Source: a virus
Virus record (IMG/VR): IMGVR_UViG_3300020442_002635
Location: 1 to 64,000 of that record
Strand: one strand, 5' to 3'
Length of the DNA: 64,000 bases
The notes below the pieces were generated by a model. The model was given only the letters and a program-made list of their open reading frames with translations, was not told the origin of the DNA and made no database searches. The translations under genes were made by a program, and so were the position numbers. Positions within the stretch are counted from its first letter, which is position 1, and every line of letters starts with the position of its first letter. Below are positions 15,775 to 24,969 of this stretch, piece by piece.

Positions 15775-16698
15775 TTATTCTCCAATTTTTTTCTTAGCAT
15801 CAACTAGGATCTTATTTGTGATGTCATCTAATTCTTTTCTGGTGAAATCCATACAAGTGTCATTATATCTGTTTATCAATTCTCCATCCAAACCATCAAT
15901 TCTAATTGGAGAATATTTCTTTTTAATTCCTTTCTTCTCTAAGATATTAAAGTGTTTTGGATATGATATGTTCTCTGCAAATGTCGATCCAAGTATAATA
16001 CTTCCTGGTTTATTAAAAGCATATGCCATATGCTGTCCCACAGAATCAATACCAACAAAATAATCTGCAGCCTCTATGATTGCAGACCATTGTCTAATAT
16101 TAGTCTCCACATACATATTCTCATCATTATCAAATTTAATTTCACTGAATGTGATTAGATTATACTTTCTTCTAATCTTTTCAGAAATATAGAAGTAATC
16201 ATCAGTAGATAGTGATCGACTTGATGGATCAATTGTATGTCCAGTTTTGTGAAGACTACAACTTCTACCAAATGGTTGAATGACAATAGTCTTTTTCTTT
16301 TTATGATAATCTCTTACATTAGAAACTGCATCAAGTGCATTGATCTCCTCCATTTTAGAGAGAACAATCTTTGGTTTCTCCAAATCAGAATGATCATCTG
16401 TATTGTTTATTAACTTATCAAAAGATTGTGACAAAGATTTCTTTTGATTGTAATAACCATGTTCGCGATATGGTTCTATCGTTACCAGATCATTGGGTTT
16501 GATAATATCCTCAAACAAACCCTTATGATTTAACTCAAAGGCTAAATCTTGAAGTTCTGGATGACCGACGAAAAATTCTATTCCAGATTCTGATAAGATA
16601 TAAAAATCTGGACCATGATTCTTATAGTATTTCTGCAATGCTGGCAATGCACATATTACTCTCCCTGCACCACCATTAATGACAAAAACCTTCTTCAT
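15775..16698 (-). CDS. GT-B fold glycosyltransferase (GT9-like)
   Basis: NGGAGRVIC, IVIQPFG, FVGIDSVGQHMAYAF.KPG. Confidence 0.75.
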   Translation of the reverse strand: MKKVFVINGGAGRVICALPALQKYYKNHGPDFYILSESGIEFFVGHPELQDLAFELNHKGLFEDIIKPNDLVTIEPYREHGYYNQKKSLSQSFDKLINNTDDHSDLEKPKIVLSKMEEINALDAVSNVRDYHKKKKTIVIQPFGRSCSLHKTGHTIDPSSRSLSTDDYFYISEKIRRKYNLITFSEIKFDNDENMYVETNIRQWSAIIEAADYFVGIDSVGQHMAYAFNKPGSIILGSTFAENISYPKHFNILEKKGIKKKYSPIRIDGLDGELINRYNDTCMDFTRKELDDITNKILVDAKKKIGE

Positions 16699-16719
16699 TC
16701 ACAAAACCATAATACTGTA

Positions 16720-17388
16720 CTATGTAGTTGAGATTCCTAAATCAGTTCTCATGCGTACTATCATATCATTTTGATGTCCATCAGTATCTTTGAGATATTG
16801 TAGATAATCACTAAAATCTTCATCTACATGATATTTAAATATACTCTGAGCAACTCCATCAGAAAATTCTACAGGAGTGCTAAATGTTGCAGTCTTAGCA
16901 GTATTATCAACTGTTGGACTTCCAGTTTCCAGAGCATTGATCAGAGTTTTTAGGTTAGCATTTACTTGAGTCCAATTATCATATAATTCTTGAGTTGATT
17001 CAATATCTGCATATAAAGATGCAGAAGCTACTGGTCTTGGAAGATCTGCTGGATTGATAGTTTGATCAGGTGCTTCAACAGGAGTTGGTGCTGCAGGTGC
17101 ATTTGCATCAATTTCTGCTTGCAATTCTGCTAATCTTCTTGCCTCTTCTTCTTCTCTTGCTACTCTATTTGGTTCTTCTTGAGTATGAATCAAATCACGA
17201 ATGATAGAATAATTATCTGAATCAATATTGATGAATTGATTATTATAGTAATAATCGCCAATTGCAGGTGATCCAGATGATATTTCAGTCCACTCTAGTC
17301 CACTAGTTCTTACAAAGTTTTCATTTGTTGAGATATCAATTACAATATCAATTCCATAGATATTCTGTTTTGTTCTTATGTAACTCAT
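16720..17388 (-). CDS. hypothetical protein, possible fibre assembly/accessory protein
   Basis: ORF track; directly follows the Cys-rich fibre-like gene; W.E...P.IGDYY.N.QF motif. Confidence 0.65.
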   Translation of the reverse strand: MSYIRTKQNIYGIDIVIDISTNENFVRTSGLEWTEISSGSPAIGDYYYNNQFINIDSDNYSIIRDLIHTQEEPNRVAREEEEARRLAELQAEIDANAPAAPTPVEAPDQTINPADLPRPVASASLYADIESTQELYDNWTQVNANLKTLINALETGSPTVDNTAKTATFSTPVEFSDGVAQSIFKYHVDEDFSDYLQYLKDTDGHQNDMIVRMRTDLGISTT

Positions 17389-17397
17389 TTACTTACC

Positions 17398-18987
17398 TCA
17401 GTATAATAGTACGACTACGCCACTTCCTGCAGCAGGATATTTTCTATTTCCTCCACCACCATAACCAGCACTGGTTGTAATACCTGCACCATTACCATAA
17501 GCAATATCAGAAATATTTGCATCATTTTCATCAACTAGTGTGGATGTTGGAATAATATACTCTTCTGAATAATTTGCAGTTTTATCTTGAACAAATCCTA
17601 AGTTGTGTGATCTCTTGTAATTTACTGTATTTCCAGACTCATGAGCTAATCCATATGGCATACAGAAGCAATGAGCATTTCCAGATTGTGCTGTTCCAAA
17701 ATAATAGGTATATGCAAATCCCATGCAGCAGTAGCACCAAGTTTGACTACCTAATGTTCCTGTAAATGATGAACAATTTGAGAAGCATCCAGGAAGTACA
17801 TCAGTACAAATATATGAGCAGCCATTTCCACCAAAGGAATAATCATAACCATAATTGGTATAGGTATAGCACATACGCATAGCAGCACCACCACCTCCTC
17901 CAGTGGTTTTACTAACACCAACTTCAGTGACTATTCTTTCTGCACTTCCATCTTTTCCATCATCAGCACTTGTTCCTGCCTGAGCTCCAATTCCCATTGG
18001 AGTTTCATTATGGAATAAATCTGCAGCGGCATCTGCAGTACTGTCAATAGTTGCTGATCCAACAAATCCATGAGTAGAATCCTTTTGATTTCTACCTTTA
18101 AAAACATATTCAGATACGTTAGAATCTGCTTGGACACATGCACAAAGATTAGTGATACCACTACAAAGATAATAACAATAACAACTTGTCAATGAAGTTC
18201 CACCAAACTGAGATCCACCAAATGTACTGTGATATCCTCTATTTGCACATGCACAAGTTACTGTTGGGTTAATCCAACAGGCACTTTGATTACCACCGAC
18301 TCCACCACCTCCAGAACTTCTAATACCATCAACACAAGAATCATATAAAAATTCTGGAATTAAAAGACCATCTCCACCTGTTCTATTAACGTCTCCTCCG
18401 GTTGCAGTTCCACCCTTATTGTAATATCCAGAGATATTATTTGCATAACCACAAACAGGAAGGGAAAAACCAAAGGCAACTGGATTATCATTTGATGCAT
18501 CTCTTGCTGTCGAATTACTAGTACACGCCCAAGTATGTGCAGCTTCTGTTGCATTTGCTGCAGATATAGTAGTGAATCCATCACCAGCAACACTACTGGC
18601 ACTTAATCCACCAACAGATCCAACATTAATTGTTAATGTTTTTCCTGGTACATCTTCATCTGAGGCGAATGTCTTTTCTGCATATCCCCCACCAGCACCA
18701 GTTAAGTGACCAGTAAAGCACATTGAGTATGTTGATATAGGGAATGCAACCCCAGAACAACAATTAGTAGATACATGGCAGTATGTTCCTGTTCTATAAC
18801 AAGATCCTGCACCAATTACAATTGCTTTTACATTAGTTGAAGTTGATGGTACATCAAATGTTGTTGATCCTGGAGTAGAGAAAACTTTTACGTTAGAAAA
18901 TACACCACCGCCGCTTCCACCGCCACCGCCGCCTCCTCCAGAGGATCCTTTTGTTCTGCCAGCTGCAGTTCCTAAAAATCTTCCCAT
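17398..18987 (-). CDS. Gly/Cys-rich virion structural (fibre-like) protein
   Basis: F.TPG..TF.VP...V.A.VIGAG, GGGGYAEK and C-terminal GSGVVVL.Y glycine-rich domain; about 26 Cys. Confidence 0.75.
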   Translation of the reverse strand: MGRFLGTAAGRTKGSSGGGGGGGGSGGGVFSNVKVFSTPGSTTFDVPSTSTNVKAIVIGAGSCYRTGTYCHVSTNCCSGVAFPISTYSMCFTGHLTGAGGGYAEKTFASDEDVPGKTLTINVGSVGGLSASSVAGDGFTTISAANATEAAHTWACTSNSTARDASNDNPVAFGFSLPVCGYANNISGYYNKGGTATGGDVNRTGGDGLLIPEFLYDSCVDGIRSSGGGGVGGNQSACWINPTVTCACANRGYHSTFGGSQFGGTSLTSCYCYYLCSGITNLCACVQADSNVSEYVFKGRNQKDSTHGFVGSATIDSTADAAADLFHNETPMGIGAQAGTSADDGKDGSAERIVTEVGVSKTTGGGGGAAMRMCYTYTNYGYDYSFGGNGCSYICTDVLPGCFSNCSSFTGTLGSQTWCYCCMGFAYTYYFGTAQSGNAHCFCMPYGLAHESGNTVNYKRSHNLGFVQDKTANYSEEYIIPTSTLVDENDANISDIAYGNGAGITTSAGYGGGGNRKYPAAGSGVVVLLY

Positions 18988-19000
18988 AGTATTTTACCTC

Positions 19001-19321
19001 TTATGCGGATTCTTCGATACCATAAACTGCCACAGAAACATCAGTGGTTGATGCATATGCAACTACATTCTTTGAGGAATTGATTACAACACCTGTCCTT
19101 TCTAAAACACCTTGAGCACTCAGTGACGCTTCATATTCAATATACTCTGCATTTACTGGAGTATCACTTGCAGAAATAGCCAGTCTTACAGTTGCAGCTG
19201 ACGCAGATCTATTTAAAATATTGATGTTTGTGACAGCAAGAGTGGATGCCGGTACAGTATAAACAGTGTGATTTGTTGATGCTGTAGAAATTCCTACTTG
19301 CCCTAAGATGCCGGACGCCAT
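19001..19321 (-). CDS. small virion structural protein
   Basis: MASGILG...TVYTVPA...YIEY...LERTG...V.VYGIEE pattern; TATAAATA at 19345-19352. Confidence 0.75.
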   Translation of the reverse strand: MASGILGQVGISTASTNHTVYTVPASTLAVTNINILNRSASAATVRLAISASDTPVNAEYIEYEASLSAQGVLERTGVVINSSKNVVAYASTTDVSVAVYGIEESA

Positions 19322-19357
19322 GTAAAAAATACTCTAATCTGTTGTATTTATATTTAA

Positions 19358-19540
19358 CTAGTTAAAAGAACTATGAAAAAATGATTTGGTAGTGACACCA
19401 CTTCCCTTTTCTTTAATTTCTCCGTTAACATCTAATGCTGATGTTGGACTTGATGATTGAATTCCAACACGACTATGTGCAACATCAGAGAAAATATTTC
19501 CCTTTGATACTAAATTTGCAGATTGTCTTGTTTTTCCCAT
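19358..19540 (-). CDS. small protein with fibre motif (RVGI.SSSP..ALDVNG)
   Basis: ORF track. Confidence 0.65.
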   Translation of the reverse strand: MGKTRQSANLVSKGNIFSDVAHSRVGIQSSSPTSALDVNGEIKEKGSGVTTKSFFHSSFN

Positions 19541-19561
19541 TTCAGTATCTTTTATTTGTAT

Positions 19562-20422
19562 TTAGATATTGACAGTGCCAATTCCAGATCTTAGTGATAC
19601 TGTAAAGGCAATTCCAGAGATATTTTGTGTAATAACTCCAGACCTTGTTCCTATTGATAGTGCAGCAGCAGGACCAGCAGGGCCTGTATTACCAATACCC
19701 ATTGTATATTCGACAAGATCAAATACGTCTCCTTCATTTGCTGCAGTTGCAAGAACGACTGTAGATCCATTACTTGCAATAAATTCACTTGGATTTAATC
19801 TAATACCATTTAGATACACATCTATATTGCCTGCAGTATATCCTCCAGAAATAGTGAATGTTTGTTGTCCTTGAGTTGCAGTTGCTGTTTTTTCTGCTTT
19901 TCCTGGGCCTAGATTTACCTCCTCTTCCTCTTCTGGAGAACTATATGGTGCAGCATCAACCCATACAGAAGTAGATCCAATACCTAATGTTGGTTCATCA
20001 TAGTAAACGAATATTCTACCAAAGTCTGTACTGTACCAAAGATCTCCTGAGGATGGATCTCCTGGAGCAGTTTGACCAATAGAAACTGTTGATGATCCAC
20101 TACTACTTCCACCTGAAGCATTTGATGGAGATGCATCTACCCATTGAGCACTACTTCCATCATTATAATAAACAAAAGTTCTACCTTCTTCAGAATTGTA
20201 CCATAAAGATCCTGAAGATGGTGATCCTGGTGCAGTAGTTGAAATTGAAATGCCACCAGCAGGAATATTAGTTAAATTGCTACCATCACCATAAAAAGAT
20301 GTTGCAGTAACAATTCCAGTAAAATTAGAGTTGCCAACGACCTCTAATACTGTCTTATTCTCACTATAAGATACAATACCAACTTTGAGTTCTCGTTCTC
20401 GGCCGCTTAGAAACTTAGACAT
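19562..20422 (-). CDS. tail-fibre-associated protein with two P..G.LWY...GR.FVYY.....WVDA repeats
   Basis: Motifs seen directly; paralogous to 54912..56270. Confidence 0.75.
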   Translation of the reverse strand: MSKFLSGRERELKVGIVSYSENKTVLEVVGNSNFTGIVTATSFYGDGSNLTNIPAGGISISTTAPGSPSSGSLWYNSEEGRTFVYYNDGSSAQWVDASPSNASGGSSSGSSTVSIGQTAPGDPSSGDLWYSTDFGRIFVYYDEPTLGIGSTSVWVDAAPYSSPEEEEEVNLGPGKAEKTATATQGQQTFTISGGYTAGNIDVYLNGIRLNPSEFIASNGSTVVLATAANEGDVFDLVEYTMGIGNTGPAGPAAALSIGTRSGVITQNISGIAFTVSLRSGIGTVNI

Positions 20423-20423
20423 A

Positions 20424-20765
20424 TCAGTTCAGAGTCTCCAATACGCTAACAATGCACTTCACATTGCTTGCATTATTTGCCGATAAAACAATTACATCAC
20501 TTGGTTCTAACACCAATTTACCATTTACAATACTTGCAGTGTCATTTGCTGCAACAGGAAAGTCTTTTACAATTTCTGTTGTAACTGCTGTTCCTGTTGA
20601 TGATCTCTCATGAGATACTGTGACTGTATATGTGTCTGATCCTACATTTGCCACTTGAGCAAGTAATACAATGCCACTATATCCAGTAGGTGCAGTGTAG
20701 ATACCCACTGGTGATGTTGATGCAACCTTTGTGATTGTTTTGTAGTTGTTAAGTGCGAGTGCCAT
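20424..20765 (-). CDS. small virion structural protein
   Basis: IYTAPTGY..IVLLAQVAN...KLVLE...SVLET pattern. Confidence 0.7.
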   Translation of the reverse strand: MALALNNYKTITKVASTSPVGIYTAPTGYSGIVLLAQVANVGSDTYTVTVSHERSSTGTAVTTEIVKDFPVAANDTASIVNGKLVLEPSDVIVLSANNASNVKCIVSVLETLN

Positions 20766-20769
20766 TTTA

Positions 20770-22341
20770 TTAGTTTCCTCCTAATGCTAAGATGAGTGGC
20801 GTTACGTTTGCATACAAACTCTTGGTATATGCATTACCAGAAATATCACCGGTGCTTTGGTTAATAGCAACCCCATCACCAATTCTGAAGTTACCTGCTT
20901 GATCTGTGCTGGTATAAACAACCAGGCCACCATTTCTCATATCAATTTCATTTGCCTGGATAGCAACTCCACCAGTAGAAGGTAGAGCATTTGCGATTGT
21001 GACACCAGAACCAATATATTCAAATGAATGCCCTGATGCCAAAATACGACTTTGCTTGAATACTGGTGCTGTAGTTCCAACACCAACTGCATATGGTAGA
21101 TTTTCTGTTATTGTAACAGTTGAAATGCCATTTGTAGGAGTTGTTGCACTTTCAATAGAATAATATTTTGCTATGGTTTCAATAGATAGTGATAATCCAC
21201 TACCACCTCCACCACTGGTAGTGATTCCAGGAGTAGAAGTATATCCTCTACCGTTTGAAACAATATCAACAGAAGTAACAACACCATTAGTAAGTGTTGC
21301 TACTGCCTGAGCAGCAATACCCCAATCAGTTGATGGATCTGCAATGACTAATGTTGGGGCTGAGGTATATCCAGATCCACCATCATTAATTGTTATCTTA
21401 TTAACTTCGTAATACAGATCATCAAAGTACATTGTCTGACCATTATATGGTCTATTTGTTCCTACACCTGCGATCGTAAATGTAGAATTATTTGCTGATG
21501 CTGCTGTAGTGATAATACCAACATATTGCTCAGATCCAACACTCTCAGCAACTAATCCATAGTTGCCAAATGATGAATTTGAGTTAGTTAGATCACATTG
21601 ACCACCAGATCCACAATAGATTGCAACATCATTGCAAATCGTGAATACTGAAACTAACTGAGCATAGCCCTCATTTGTAATTGATATACCAATACCACCT
21701 TGATTGTATTGTGTGTAACTATCAACCACCATACTCTTGAGGTTTCCTGTTGCATGAGCACCATTGATCCTCATTCCAGTGCTATTTTGAATAAAGTTGG
21801 TGCAGTTCTGAACGTATGGTGACTGTGTTATATTTCCTGCGCCTGCTGGATTAAATGCAATCATTGCACCAGTATTTGCAGAACCTACAAAAGAGAGTTC
21901 TGTGATGTAGTTTCCATTAGTTACATGGAAAAGATCATCAGCATTTGATGGAGTAACTGATACTTCTCTTAGATTATCTCCAACAATACTAACTTGAGCA
22001 GGTAAAACAATTGGATTGTCTTCTGTATATGTACCTGCAGATATTTTAATTACTGTTCCTGCTGATGCACTAGCAACTGCTGATTTGATTGTTGCCTTTG
22101 CATCACCTAGTTTTTTACCTGTATTATCATCATTTCCATCTTCTGTCACATATAGTACGTTGGAAACTGTAGATCCAGCACCAAGACTAATAATATCTGT
22201 GGCAATACCTGATCTTTCTCTGCGAGTATAGAGTTCACCATCAGTGGTGTTAAGAGCTAATTCGCCTAAATTAATATTTCCTGTTGTTGGTTTTTTACCA
22301 GCAACAGCTGAGCGTTTAATCTTAATTATAGGATCAGCCAT
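20770..22341 (-). CDS. tail fibre/spike protein with beta-helix-like region
   Basis: N-terminal IKIKRSAVAGKKP...GELALN..DG (T4-like fibre N-terminus); LYVT.DGND.N.G...A.ATI..A; SPYVQNCT. Confidence 0.8.
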   Translation of the reverse strand: MADPIIKIKRSAVAGKKPTTGNINLGELALNTTDGELYTRRERSGIATDIISLGAGSTVSNVLYVTEDGNDDNTGKKLGDAKATIKSAVASASAGTVIKISAGTYTEDNPIVLPAQVSIVGDNLREVSVTPSNADDLFHVTNGNYITELSFVGSANTGAMIAFNPAGAGNITQSPYVQNCTNFIQNSTGMRINGAHATGNLKSMVVDSYTQYNQGGIGISITNEGYAQLVSVFTICNDVAIYCGSGGQCDLTNSNSSFGNYGLVAESVGSEQYVGIITTAASANNSTFTIAGVGTNRPYNGQTMYFDDLYYEVNKITINDGGSGYTSAPTLVIADPSTDWGIAAQAVATLTNGVVTSVDIVSNGRGYTSTPGITTSGGGGSGLSLSIETIAKYYSIESATTPTNGISTVTITENLPYAVGVGTTAPVFKQSRILASGHSFEYIGSGVTIANALPSTGGVAIQANEIDMRNGGLVVYTSTDQAGNFRIGDGVAINQSTGDISGNAYTKSLYANVTPLILALGGN

Positions 22342-22407
22342 TCAATCCTCGCATGGGTGGTATGTACCTTAAAATCTAGTATATACTAGATGTGTTAGTA
22401 ATATTTA

Positions 22408-22611
22408 TCAGGAAAATTCTTCCTCAGTTTTTGAAGATTTGCGTGTTCTAACTTTTGGTTGTGCCTCAAGTTGTTCAATCTTCTTCGACAAAGCTTCAAT
22501 CGTTTGTCTATATTTTAATTCTCTTGCCTCTAGAGCAACGTTTTGATTGATTTGATCAAATAGTTTAGTTTGATAAACTGAAATCAAATTTTTATAATCT
22601 TGTTCATCCAT
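22408..22611 (-). CDS. small coiled-coil protein
   Basis: ORF track. Confidence 0.7.
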   Translation of the reverse strand: MDEQDYKNLISVYQTKLFDQINQNVALEARELKYRQTIEALSKKIEQLEAQPKVRTRKSSKTEEEFS

Positions 22612-22638
22612 AAAAAAAGAGGGAGACTTGCTCCCTCT
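22612..22638 (-). terminator. Rho-independent terminator overlapping late promoter CTAAATA
   Basis: AGAGGGAG-caagt-CTCCCTCT plus T6. Confidence 0.75.
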
Positions 22639-22660
22639 ATTTAGATTATGTTAGTTAAGA

Positions 22661-24013
22661 TCAGAATGTACCAGCATCAATGGTGACATTTGTTAGAACA
22701 ATTGATCCACTATCGCAACTAATAACTTCAGTTGCACTTCCAAGACATCCATTGACATATAAAGATGCAACCTCTAATGCACCACTAGTGTTGTTTGTTA
22801 AGACACCAGTTGACTCTGAAACATCTGCAGAAACAACAATTCTAGATGTGCTATCATCCCAGTAAATTGCTGCTTTCTTAGCAGAACCAGAATAATAGTT
22901 AAACAGAACACCAATATCTTTGTTCAGATCAGATCCAGGTGCTGATCCATCAACCATACCAAGATCAAGGAGTTGGTCTTCAATGGTTGTTGTTGCTGTA
23001 TTAACCTGAGTTGTGGATCCATTAACATAAAGGTTTCCACTAACAGTTAAGTTATTGGAAACAGTAACATCATTAGGAAGTCCAATTGTGATAGCCTGAC
23101 CAGAGGCAGAGGTTTCAATTTCGTTAGTGGTTCCAGAAACAGTCAGTGATTGTGATGTATTAACTGTACCAGTTCCAGAGTCACCAGCAGTTCCAAACTC
23201 AACATCAACTGCAGCGACCTGAGTATCAACGTAATCTTTTACTGCAGCAGATGTTGGGAGAGTTGTATCATTATCATTAGAACCAATTCCTTCAGACTCA
23301 GTGACAAGAGTACCGGCAGCAACTTCACTAGCACTAATTGAAACTGCTAAATCAATAGTTCCATCACCATCTTGATAGGTAGCAGTAATACCTGTCTCTG
23401 TATTGGAAGAGAACATTGCACCAGCAATGTCCTGTATTCTCTCTGCGTTTACAGTAACATCACCAGATGTGACAGTAAAGTCTGTACCATCGAAAGATGC
23501 AATACCCTTATTTGTTTCAGTCGCGTCTTCTGCAGCAATCGTGATTGTATTATCACTTACTGTAGTATCAATACCCTCTCCACCAGTAAAGGTGAGAGTT
23601 TCTCCAGTATTGAATGAATCACTTGTTCCACTATCAGCAGCAAGAGTAAAACTTGATGCTGCTGGTTCAGAGAATGAAAGGGCTCCAGAACCATTTGTAG
23701 TTAAGACATGACCATTGGAACCATCAGTTCCAGGCATTGTGAATGTAACAAAACCAGCAAGAGAATCTGGTGACTTAATTGTTACATAATGAGAACCATT
23801 TGAGGTTCCTTCAACTAGATTTACACCACTACCTGTTGAACTTGCTTCTCTAGTCCAATAACGATGTGAACCAAAGAACTTATTACCTGCAGAGGTACTG
23901 TTTAGACCAACATATAGTTCATGTGTGTCTGTAGTAAGGGCGGGTTCACCAGCCTGCAAAGCAGGAAGATTGCTAAAGGCACCCCTCTTAAACTGAATTA
24001 CTGGAGAAGCCAT
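22661..24013 (-). CDS. tail fibre protein
   Basis: IQFKRG...LP.L.AGEP..T.DT.ELYVG N-terminus; V.GNL.VNG.TT.VN fibre motif; ends DAGTF. Confidence 0.8.
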   Translation of the reverse strand: MASPVIQFKRGAFSNLPALQAGEPALTTDTHELYVGLNSTSAGNKFFGSHRYWTREASSTGSGVNLVEGTSNGSHYVTIKSPDSLAGFVTFTMPGTDGSNGHVLTTNGSGALSFSEPAASSFTLAADSGTSDSFNTGETLTFTGGEGIDTTVSDNTITIAAEDATETNKGIASFDGTDFTVTSGDVTVNAERIQDIAGAMFSSNTETGITATYQDGDGTIDLAVSISASEVAAGTLVTESEGIGSNDNDTTLPTSAAVKDYVDTQVAAVDVEFGTAGDSGTGTVNTSQSLTVSGTTNEIETSASGQAITIGLPNDVTVSNNLTVSGNLYVNGSTTQVNTATTTIEDQLLDLGMVDGSAPGSDLNKDIGVLFNYYSGSAKKAAIYWDDSTSRIVVSADVSESTGVLTNNTSGALEVASLYVNGCLGSATEVISCDSGSIVLTNVTIDAGTF

Positions 24014-24051
24014 GCTTATCTATTGATTTTTAAGTTATTATTATTTATTAC

Positions 24052-24285
24052 TCAAAAAGTCCCAGCATCTAAACCACTAAAACCCACGTTGTTAATGTCA
24101 ATTTCTTCTTCAACAATATCTACAAATTCCTGAGGTATTGATGTTGCTGCGGCACTTACAATTGAGTCTGCAGTTATAACATCAAATTTATTAGTTGTTG
24201 AATTAAACTTAAGTACGTTTTTGTTATTTACACTACTTAGATTTTGCAAATCTGTATCAGATAAGTCTCTAAATCTAGTTGGCAT
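24052..24285 (-). CDS. small structural protein ending DAGTF
   Basis: ORF track. Confidence 0.7.
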   Translation of the reverse strand: MPTRFRDLSDTDLQNLSSVNNKNVLKFNSTTNKFDVITADSIVSAAATSIPQEFVDIVEEEIDINNVGFSGLDAGTF

Positions 24286-24608
24286 TAGAACGAGCCTCCA
24301 TCTAGATTATCAATTTGAATCGTGCCTAAATCTAATTCTGTTTCTAATTCAGAAATAAAATCATCAGGTAAATCTTCATCTTCAGATGATGCAGATAAAA
24401 CTTCATCGGGTGTAATTAAAACAAATTTATCTGATGTACTATCATAAGAAACAAGAAGACCATCTTTTGAATCATCTAAAGTTCCAAATGCAACATCACC
24501 CATCTCCCCTATTTGAGAAGGTTGCCTTATAGATCTAACTGGAGGTTTTTCTGGTTGCTTCTTTTGAATTACTTTTGAAACAGACTGTATTTTTTTAACT
24601 ACTGCCAT
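24285..24608 (-). CDS. small structural protein ending DGGSF
   Basis: ORF track; paralogue-like of the neighbour (L.[YF].S...KF..IT.D). Confidence 0.7.
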   Translation of the reverse strand: MAVVKKIQSVSKVIQKKQPEKPPVRSIRQPSQIGEMGDVAFGTLDDSKDGLLVSYDSTSDKFVLITPDEVLSASSEDEDLPDDFISELETELDLGTIQIDNLDGGSF

Positions 24609-24613
24609 AATTC

Positions 24614-24949
24614 TTAAGTGGTAATTCCTGCTCTTACAAAGGCCATTCCCTCAACTAATCTTGATTTTGATCCAGAACCTGATGTCAAAACAACATCATA
24701 ATAATATCTTCCTGGATCTAGATCAGTTGTTTGTGTATCTGTCAAAGAAATAGTAACTTCACCAATTGATGCTGTAATAGAAATTGAGAATGATGTAGAA
24801 GCAGAAGCACCTGAGTGCTTCTTCATTTTCGCAGCAGCACTATATCCAGCAAGGTTGGATGCAGATCCATCTGATTCAGTTGAAACAAATGTTTCAGAAA
24901 AATCTGAACCCTGTGGGATTGATATGTTAATGACTGGATTAACTGCCAT
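24614..24949 (-). CDS. virion structural protein (NI.I.QG.DF...GRYYYDV...R.VEG...V.AG.T)
   Basis: Motif typical of T4-like cyanophage structural proteins. Confidence 0.75.
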   Translation of the reverse strand: MAVNPVINISIPQGSDFSETFVSTESDGSASNLAGYSAAAKMKKHSGASASTSFSISITASIGEVTISLTDTQTTDLDPGRYYYDVVLTSGSGSKSRLVEGMAFVRAGITT

Positions 24950-24969
24950 GATGTCTTTTTAGTTATTTA

